Below are positions 34,738 to 41,771 of a stretch of 41,771 bases of DNA, one piece after another. The stretch is from a virus (lineage: Duplodnaviria; Caudoviricetes). Positions within the stretch are counted from its first letter, which is position 1; the number at the start of each line of letters is the position of its first letter. The notes under the pieces were generated by a model. The model saw nothing but the letters and a program-made list of their open reading frames with translations, was not told the origin of the DNA and searched no databases. The stretch is from IMG/VR virus record IMGVR_UViG_3300014656_000047, positions 1-41,771 of that record, one strand, 5' to 3'. A program made the position numbers and the translations under genes.

Positions 34738-36024
34738 ATGAAACACTTTGCAACCTACAGCCGTTCAAATGATTGTTTCCCTGCGAATTGCCCGTCAGTA
34801 TTTACTAGTGCAAAAGACTGTCACGTCACAGCACAAGACGGACGAGAGTTCATTGACTGGGGAATGAGCCTGAGGTCTGTTATTCTTGGATATTGCAATG
34901 AAAATGTTGACAATGCGGTAATAAAAGCCATACAAAAAGGTATAAGCTTTACACGGTCCAATCCATACGAGGAAGAACTGCGGGAGTTAATACGTTCAAT
35001 TATACCGTGCGCTGAAGAGGTCAAGTTTGGCAAAAATGGCTCAGATGCTACAAGCGCAGCAATAAAACTAGCAAGGGCATTTACGGGCAGGGATATCGTG
35101 CTAATAGCCGAGGAAAACCCATTCTATAGTCAGCACGATTGGTTTATTGGCACAACGTCATTTAATGATGGTATACCTTACTGCCGTGAGTGTAATGGAA
35201 CTATAACGAAATACAGTTACAACGACTTACTCATAAAAACTTCTGACATATGGGGAAGAGAAGATACAAAAGTAACACGGCTTGAATGGCTATGTGAAGC
35301 ATTTAGACCAGCTGCAATTATTCTTGATGCTTCAACTGTAGACATAACCAAAGAAAAACTACAGTATATCCGTGACCTCTGTACAAAGCATGGGGTAATT
35401 ATGATACTCGACGAGGTAATTTCCGGATTTCGTTACGGCATAAGCGGTGTACAAGGCTTATACGGTGTTACGCCTGACCTTGCAACATTCGGTAAGGCTA
35501 TGGCAAATGGCTATTCAATCTCTGCACTGTGCGGCAAGCGTGACCTTATGCAGTTGGGAGATAGGGAACATGGCAATACATTTCTCATGAGCGGAACTTA
35601 TTTTTCCAACACACCGGATTTGGCTGCAGGCATAGCAACTATACACGAAATTCGACAAAAAGGCGTAATAGACCACATAAATAATATTGGCTCAAACCTA
35701 TGCGAAGGCCTACAACAAGCTATTGACCTTCATAATATGGGCGAACACGTTAAATTTTCTCCTGCGTCAAGACATTGCAATCCACAATTGACGTTTTCAA
35801 GTATGGAATTAAAGACGTTGTGGGATCAATGTATGATTGAACGCGGTATTCTTATACCATATATAAGCCCTTCCTACAGCCATACAATAAACGAAGTTGA
35901 GCAAACTTTAGAAGCCGCCGATTATGCCCTAAGCGTGTGTAGGAAAGCTATAAATGAAAGAAACGTCAAAGAACTGCTATTGAACGGACATTGCGAACGC
36001 TCGGTATTCCGTAAAAAGGGGTGA
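34738..36024 (+). CDS. Class-III PLP aminotransferase (glutamate-1-semialdehyde aminomutase-like, sugar-pathway type)
   Basis: DGREFIDWGM, KNGSDATSAAIKLARA, LDEVISGFR, PDLATFGKAMANG; true start ATG34738. Confidence 0.88.
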   Translation: MKHFATYSRSNDCFPANCPSVFTSAKDCHVTAQDGREFIDWGMSLRSVILGYCNENVDNAVIKAIQKGISFTRSNPYEEELRELIRSIIPCAEEVKFGKNGSDATSAAIKLARAFTGRDIVLIAEENPFYSQHDWFIGTTSFNDGIPYCRECNGTITKYSYNDLLIKTSDIWGREDTKVTRLEWLCEAFRPAAIILDASTVDITKEKLQYIRDLCTKHGVIMILDEVISGFRYGISGVQGLYGVTPDLATFGKAMANGYSISALCGKRDLMQLGDREHGNTFLMSGTYFSNTPDLAAGIATIHEIRQKGVIDHINNIGSNLCEGLQQAIDLHNMGEHVKFSPASRHCNPQLTFSSMELKTLWDQCMIERGILIPYISPSYSHTINEVEQTLEAADYALSVCRKAINERNVKELLLNGHCERSVFRKKG

Positions 36025-36030
36025 TACCTA

Positions 36031-36483
36031 TTGAACCCATCTCAAATAGAACGACTACTAATCGAATACTCCAATATCCCCGAACGCAAAAAGGAGCTTG
36101 AAATAAAAACGCGTGAAGCCCAACTGCTTATACAAAACGCAGAGGATACGCTAAGAGTGCCAAGCTATGACGGTTTACCCCATGGTAATCTTTTGCAAGA
36201 TGCTGTCTATAAAGCAGTACAGAAGATACTAGACGAATATCAGATTCACCTCGACTATTACCAAGGACAGTTGAAACTGTTAAACGAAAAAGAAAGGGCT
36301 GTGTATGAGGCTTTAAAGTGTCTTGAACCTCATGAGTATAAAATAATCGAACTAAGGTACATAAGGGGCTATATGTGGAAAACAGTATCAATAAAGGTAA
36401 ATTATCACCGTGTACAGTGTATAAGGATAAGGGATAAGGCCATTGAGAAGATAAAACAAAGCTATAGGGATGAGTCCAATTGA
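36031..36483 (+). CDS. ArpU/RinA-like late transcriptional activator (copy 2)
   Basis: YDGLPHG, IIELRYI.G..WKTV...NY...C.RIRDKAI. Confidence 0.75.
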   Translation: MNPSQIERLLIEYSNIPERKKELEIKTREAQLLIQNAEDTLRVPSYDGLPHGNLLQDAVYKAVQKILDEYQIHLDYYQGQLKLLNEKERAVYEALKCLEPHEYKIIELRYIRGYMWKTVSIKVNYHRVQCIRIRDKAIEKIKQSYRDESN

Positions 36484-36596
36484 TACCAAAAATACTGTCA
36501 CTAAAATAAGGAGGCTATTTGCTCGAAACACGCTACTAAATGTTACATTTTGCATGGTACAATGGTATTGTACATTTTTACTTCCTTTTCGTAGTC

Positions 36597-36619
36597 GGGG
36601 CTATTATAGCCCCTTTTTT
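36597..36619 (+). terminator. Hairpin plus T-tract immediately before terL
   Basis: GGGGCTA-TTA-TAGCCCC-TTTTTT. Confidence 0.55.
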
Positions 36620-36620
36620 A

Positions 36621-38414
36621 ATGGGGGTGATACCAGTAGAAGATTATAAGAAGATTCTTAGTATATTAAAACACCAAACGGTCAAATATTTTGCAAAATG
36701 CCTTAAAATACGTGACAAAAACGGTAACATAATAGCCTTTGTGCCCAACGAACACCAAGAAAACATTATAAACATAGTCGAGGAATGGAAAAAGCAGTAC
36801 CCGGACGAGAACACGCGTCCAACACTGTTTATTATCATTCACAAAGCCAGACAGATTGGCTTTAGCACAGTGGTAGAAGGTATATTTTTTCACGAATTGA
36901 ACTTCAACAGCAATAAAGTTGCTATGGTAGTCAGTTTTGACGAAGATTCAGCACAAAACATAAATGATATGTCGGACAGGTTTTACCAGTACTTACCTAA
37001 ATGGATTAAGCCCATGAGAAGGCCGGCAAGAGGAAAGGGTATTTTGTTTGAAAACCCCGTAAATAAACAATCAGAATTTGAGAAAAACCCTGGATTACAA
37101 TGTAAATTCCTTATTGATACCGCAAGAAACATATATGCAGGTTCGTCATTTACCATAAATTACCTTCATTTATCGGAATTGGCAAAATGGCCTGATGCAA
37201 AGTCAACTTTAACGTCACTCATGCAAGCTGTCCCTCAAACAGGGGCTATTGTTGTTATAGAATCCACCGCAAATGGCATAGAGTACTTCCACAAATTATG
37301 GATGCAAGCTAAACGCGGGGAATTAAGCTATAAGTGTATATTCGTCGGTTGGCACATGCACGCCGAGTACACAAAAAAGTTTGAAAATGACATAGAAAAA
37401 GCTGATTTTATAAAAACCTTGTCAGAAAAAGAACTAAAACTGAAAAAGATATACAATTTGACATATGAACAGCTATACTGGCGCAGGGAAATGATGCGAA
37501 GTCCAAAGATAAACGGTGATGAAAACATATTTTTTCAGGAATACCCTGCAAGTGATGATGAAGCTTTCCTCACGTCCGGTAGGCCTGTATTTGACAGGCT
37601 GAAAATTAACGAAAGAATCAAATTCCTTGAAGAAAAATACAAGGACAATCCTCCTGATGTTGGATATATCGAATTTGTAGACGGTAAATATAAGTTTATT
37701 CCCGATGAATACGGCACCGTAATAATTTATGAGCACCCTAAAAAAGACTATCCATATGTATTCGGTGGTGATATAGCAGAAGGGCTTATAAATGGCGATT
37801 GGAGCGTAACACAGGTATGTGACAACACAACAGGTATACAAGTCGCAAAACAAAGACTGCATATACACCCTGACTTATTTGCATTGGAACAAATAAAACT
37901 GGCACATTATTACAACGAAGCCTTAATTGCAGATGAAGTAAACAACCACGGTATGACAACAATAACGTCATTGCAGCGTGAAAACTACTGGAAACAGTAT
38001 AAGCGTGAGATATTCGATAGGATTTCAAAATCTACCCAACAGAAATTCGGCTTTGATACCAAAGACCAGTCAAGGCAACGAATAATTGACAGGTTGAGGG
38101 CTATAGCGAGAGAAGAAATTGATTTGATAAACGACATTGAAACACTTAACGAAATGCTTACCTTTATTTACAACGACCAAGGCAAGGAAGAAGCGGAAAG
38201 CGATTGTTTCGACGATTGTGTTTTAAGTCTTGCAATCATGTACGAAGCAAGAAGCCAGCAAAGCGCAAACCCACCCAAGCCACATGAAAACATATTCAAA
38301 GGCAAGGAAGTACATTACAGCGTATTGCAGGACATGACAAAAAACACAAAGCTTAAAGAAAAGTTTAAACAAAAATATGGAATAAATACGATTAAGGTTG
38401 GAGGTAACAAATGA
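36621..38414 (+). CDS. terL: Terminase large subunit
   Basis: Walker A HKARQIGFST, Walker B LHLSE, ESTANG, FQEYP, nuclease GGDIAEG and DDCVLS; exact start uncertain. Confidence 0.93.
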   Translation: MGVIPVEDYKKILSILKHQTVKYFAKCLKIRDKNGNIIAFVPNEHQENIINIVEEWKKQYPDENTRPTLFIIIHKARQIGFSTVVEGIFFHELNFNSNKVAMVVSFDEDSAQNINDMSDRFYQYLPKWIKPMRRPARGKGILFENPVNKQSEFEKNPGLQCKFLIDTARNIYAGSSFTINYLHLSELAKWPDAKSTLTSLMQAVPQTGAIVVIESTANGIEYFHKLWMQAKRGELSYKCIFVGWHMHAEYTKKFENDIEKADFIKTLSEKELKLKKIYNLTYEQLYWRREMMRSPKINGDENIFFQEYPASDDEAFLTSGRPVFDRLKINERIKFLEEKYKDNPPDVGYIEFVDGKYKFIPDEYGTVIIYEHPKKDYPYVFGGDIAEGLINGDWSVTQVCDNTTGIQVAKQRLHIHPDLFALEQIKLAHYYNEALIADEVNNHGMTTITSLQRENYWKQYKREIFDRISKSTQQKFGFDTKDQSRQRIIDRLRAIAREEIDLINDIETLNEMLTFIYNDQGKEEAESDCFDDCVLSLAIMYEARSQQSANPPKPHENIFKGKEVHYSVLQDMTKNTKLKEKFKQKYGINTIKVGGNK

Positions 38415-38737
38415 ACTTTGAAGAAAAAAACACCCCACAAATCCACATTGCACCAGAACACAAGGCAATAAGCCCTGACAAAATACCAAAACGCAAGGAA
38501 GAAAAGCAGCCAGACTTTTACGAAATGAGCATAGATGAACTGCTTGCGTATGCAGTAGCGCACTTATCAATGAAAGTTAACATGCAACACTATATGGACC
38601 CTTACGACGTAAGGAATACAAAAGCAAAAGTGCAAAAACTTGACATGGTAGCCCTTCGTACACTCGAAAGGGCTTTTTTAATGCATTTGGTAAAGGACCA
38701 TGGTTATGGAGAAATTTTGTTAAAGACAGGTGATTAA
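38411..38737 (+). CDS. Hypothetical protein between terL and portal
   Basis: ORF track; ATGA overlap. Confidence 0.7.
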   Translation: MNFEEKNTPQIHIAPEHKAISPDKIPKRKEEKQPDFYEMSIDELLAYAVAHLSMKVNMQHYMDPYDVRNTKAKVQKLDMVALRTLERAFLMHLVKDHGYGEILLKTGD

Positions 38738-38739
38738 AA

Positions 38740-40797
38740 ATGGACCTGATTAAACCTATAAAAGCCCTTATGCAAAGGGGGAAAAAACGAATGGAAGAAA
38801 AGAACACAGAACTCGAAATGATAGCAGAAGCACAAAAACTGCGTACAGAGTTTGGCAATGCCAAGAACGAAAAAACACAGTGGAATGATAAATTTGACCG
38901 TGAAGAACAGGTCTACATGGGTGACAGGGAGTTTGGCAACATATATTCGGATTCCACAAAGGACGACATCCGTACCACTGTTAGAATATCTCAGACCTTT
39001 ATTGAATCGCAGATAGACTTATCTATACCTGATGCTGTTTTTAAGCCTGTAGCACAGGACGATGAGGCACCGGTAAAGAAATTACAGGCTGAGGTAGATT
39101 ATGCCCTTAGAAGTAGTAATTTGGACGAAATAAACGCACTTGCAGAGCGTGAAGTAAAGAAATACGGTATGGTAGCATATAAGGTCATAGAAGACAATAA
39201 CTACAAGGGTTATGGATACCGTGGAAAGCCAAAAATAATTTGTATCCACCCTAAAAACATTTTATGGGCTGTAGGGACAACCGACAAGAACAAATGCAGG
39301 TGTTGGTATCATGTAGAAAATGAAACCCTGGCAGAATGTAAAAAAAGATATGGTGATGCCGCAAAACAACTTCCCAATCATGGTGAACGCGCAGACGTTG
39401 AATATGACAGGGTAGGCACATTTTATGAGGGTAATGTTAATAAGACAAACGATGTTAATATATCTCCTGACGTGTATAAACATTCGGCAGACAGTCCGGA
39501 AGCAAAGTATGTAATTATAGAAAAATGGTACCTGGATGATAAGGATGAATGTGGACTAGTAGTATTCTCGAATGAATGTATTCTGCTTAAAATTCCAAAG
39601 TTCTACCACAGGAGAAAATATAACCCTGATGAAGATGAGTATGAGAAAGACGAAGAAGAAAACGAGATATACGACGATACGGAAGTCGTAAAAGACGATT
39701 ACATGGAAGAGGTAGAAACAGAAAAAGGTAAAGAAAAGCGCAAAGAAAAGCGCAAAGAAAAGCGGGTAAGGTTAGAATCAGGAACAGAGGTTGAAAGATT
39801 TCACCCTAAAGGCCCTGAGTCATTGCCAATCGTAATACAAAACAATATCCCGAGGTCAAAATCTATTGTTGGAATATCTGACATAGAAAGAACTTACGAC
39901 TTTGAACAGGCAATGAAGAAAATGCTTAACAAGCATGAAGAACGCATATTAAAAGGCAATACCAAGATACTCTATAACAAGAACGTCGAAGAAGAAGCAG
40001 CACAGCTTATTGACAATGACGACCTTAACATAATAGGCGTAAATGACGTCAATAACTTTAAAGACTTTGAGTTCAAGGACAAAGGCCGTGAAGCGTTAGA
40101 ATTTTACGGTTTCCTCACTGAACAACTACAATATCAAATGGGCATAAATCAGGTATGGCAGGGACAGGCGCAAGGTGAAGCCAAGTCGGGTAAAGCCATA
40201 AACGCACTTATAGGCCAAACGCAGGAAAAAATAGGCATAAAGGTAAATGAAAAAAATATCGCTTTTAAAAGGCTTTACAGGCTGATGTGCAACTTTATAT
40301 TATGTTTTAGTGACGGCAACCTCCCATATAGGCTTGACAATACCCTACAGCCTGAATATGGCGTATTTAACCGTTATGACATGGTTAAAAAAGACGATAG
40401 CGGAAATCCAATATACATAGACTTTGACATAGAAGTAAGCGCAGAACAAGGATTCCCCAAGACCAAGACTGGATTAATGGAGATTATCCTTGAACTTGCA
40501 GGCGGTGGCTACATGGAAGCTGTTCCCCGTAACATACTTGTATGGCAAACATTGGCGAAATTGGGATTCCCTAACTCAGAAGCAATACTCCAAACACTGC
40601 AAAATGAACTCGATAATCAGATGATGCAACAACAGGCTTTACAGCAAAATGAAGGGCAGGGAATGGAACAGGGAGTAGAACAAAGCGACAATATGGACCA
40701 AATAATTCAGCAGCTTCCGGAGGATATGCGTGAGGAATTTTTAGCAATGAAACCAGAAGAACAGCAAGCTTTAATTAATGGAGGACAAAATGTTTAA
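38740..40797 (+). CDS. Portal protein
   Basis: Position after terL, 685 aa, SGKAI motif, Gln-rich C-terminal tail as in P22-like portals. Confidence 0.8.
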   Translation: MDLIKPIKALMQRGKKRMEEKNTELEMIAEAQKLRTEFGNAKNEKTQWNDKFDREEQVYMGDREFGNIYSDSTKDDIRTTVRISQTFIESQIDLSIPDAVFKPVAQDDEAPVKKLQAEVDYALRSSNLDEINALAEREVKKYGMVAYKVIEDNNYKGYGYRGKPKIICIHPKNILWAVGTTDKNKCRCWYHVENETLAECKKRYGDAAKQLPNHGERADVEYDRVGTFYEGNVNKTNDVNISPDVYKHSADSPEAKYVIIEKWYLDDKDECGLVVFSNECILLKIPKFYHRRKYNPDEDEYEKDEEENEIYDDTEVVKDDYMEEVETEKGKEKRKEKRKEKRVRLESGTEVERFHPKGPESLPIVIQNNIPRSKSIVGISDIERTYDFEQAMKKMLNKHEERILKGNTKILYNKNVEEEAAQLIDNDDLNIIGVNDVNNFKDFEFKDKGREALEFYGFLTEQLQYQMGINQVWQGQAQGEAKSGKAINALIGQTQEKIGIKVNEKNIAFKRLYRLMCNFILCFSDGNLPYRLDNTLQPEYGVFNRYDMVKKDDSGNPIYIDFDIEVSAEQGFPKTKTGLMEIILELAGGGYMEAVPRNILVWQTLAKLGFPNSEAILQTLQNELDNQMMQQQALQQNEGQGMEQGVEQSDNMDQIIQQLPEDMREEFLAMKPEEQQALINGGQNV
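39730..39764 (+). repeat. 12-bp in-frame tandem repeat (KEKR x3) in the portal gene
   Basis: AAAGAAAAGCGC repeated about three times. Confidence 0.8.
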
Positions 40798-41605
40798 AGG
40801 TAAAAAAATACTTATTATCGGTGCGAGTGGCACATTAGGGCAGGTGTTAATTGACGAATTTTTAAGATATGACATACACTCCATAAGGGTATTTAGCAGA
40901 AATGAACACAAACAATTCCTGCTAAGGCAAAAATACGGAGAGCCTACAGACAGGATAAGGTATTTTTTAGGTGATATAAGAGATAAAGAACGCCTTGATA
41001 TGGCTTTTAACGGTGTCGACGTTGTAGTGAATTGTGCAGCTTTAAAACACGTATCATTGTGCAACGAAAACCCTATGGAAACACTCAAAACTAACGTTAT
41101 AGGTGTACAAAATGCCCTTGAATGTGCAGTTAAGAACAATATTGAGTTATTTGTCCAGATATCAACAGATAAGGCTGTAAACCCAACTAATATATATGGA
41201 TGCAGCAAGGCAATGGCAGAGTATCTTGTCCTGGATGTTCCAAATTGGCAAGGTAGAAACCGCACTAAGTTTGTAGTTGTGCGCTCAGGTAATATTATTG
41301 GGAGTTCGGGAAGCGTTTTACAAATATGGCAGAAGCAATATGAAGAAGGTAAGCCATTGACGGTTACGGATATGGAAGCCGAGAGATACATGGCAGAAAA
41401 AGAAGATATTGCTAAAGCCATAATCGATATATGTTCTGACACTCAAAATGGCTTATACGTGCTTTCAATGCCAAAGGTAAAGGTAAGAGACTTAATCAGC
41501 AAGTATGGCGGCTGTAAAGTTAATATAATAGGTCTACAGCAAGGGGAGAAAGCCTCAGAACAACTCTTCCGTCCTGACGAGAAATTTACATTGGTGGAGG
41601 TGTGA
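40790..41605 (+). CDS. UDP-N-acetylglucosamine 4,6-dehydratase family (PseB/LegB/CapD-like SDR)
   Basis: GASGTLG, GDIRD, AALKHV..C..NP.E..KTN, STDKAVNP, YGCSK, GNIIGSSGSV; overlaps the portal stop. Confidence 0.9.
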   Translation: MFKGKKILIIGASGTLGQVLIDEFLRYDIHSIRVFSRNEHKQFLLRQKYGEPTDRIRYFLGDIRDKERLDMAFNGVDVVVNCAALKHVSLCNENPMETLKTNVIGVQNALECAVKNNIELFVQISTDKAVNPTNIYGCSKAMAEYLVLDVPNWQGRNRTKFVVVRSGNIIGSSGSVLQIWQKQYEEGKPLTVTDMEAERYMAEKEDIAKAIIDICSDTQNGLYVLSMPKVKVRDLISKYGGCKVNIIGLQQGEKASEQLFRPDEKFTLVEV

Positions 41606-41606
41606 C

Positions 41607-41747
41607 ATGCCATATGTTAGCAAAAAGCAACAAGCTTACATGAATGCCAATAAAGACAAGATAGGCAAAAAGATAGTAGAGGAATTCAATAAGGCAAGTA
41701 AGAAAAAGAAAGGTGGTGATACACATGAGAAGCAAATCAATAGGTAA
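41607..41747 (+). CDS. Small basic phage protein (46 aa, not in ORF track)
   Basis: SD GGAGG; MPYVSKKQQAYMNAN... Confidence 0.55.
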   Translation: MPYVSKKQQAYMNANKDKIGKKIVEEFNKASKKKKGGDTHEKQINR

Positions 41748-41771
41748 GACACAGGCAAGAGGTACCTTTAT

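Noticed and set aside
34738-36024. hemL (tetrapyrrole biosynthesis) auxiliary metabolic gene
   Set aside because: Same fold, but the context is sugar-nucleotide genes and no other hem genes are present.
40771-41442. 223-aa antisense ORF to the dehydratase
   Set aside because: Typical antisense shadow of a conserved SDR gene; no independent signals.

Overview
AT-rich (roughly one-third GC by eye) temperate phage genome segment, most likely from a Clostridia-like Firmicutes host (inferred from strong GGAGG Shine-Dalgarno sites, sigma-A promoters and ArpU/RinA-type activators). Gene order is: end of lysis module (phosphodiester-glycosidase-like C-terminus, HNH homing endonuclease, holin), a small accessory island, large serine integrase, lipoprotein, CI/Cro/antirepressor switch, recombination and replication genes (Gam-like, ERF, initiator with iterons), two DNA methyltransferases, a late activator, morons, terS, a ~10 kb insert of sugar-nucleotide (nonulosonic-acid-like) biosynthesis genes interrupted by an IS110, a second late activator, terL, portal and a PseB/LegB-like dehydratase. 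Main observations: (1) a legionaminic/pseudaminic-acid-type pathway interleaved with the DNA-packaging genes; (2) an intein in an amino-methyltransferase whose HNH endonuclease is a separately translated gene nested in another reading frame; (3) an IS110 whose putative bridge-RNA guides match a Shine-Dalgarno/start-codon target; (4) a C5-methyltransferase with a nested out-of-frame partner ORF; (5) a homing endonuclease that split the holin gene and carries a recoded replacement 5' end; (6) a promoter-driven structured RNA next to the holin. All family calls are motif recognition by eye; no database searches were run.
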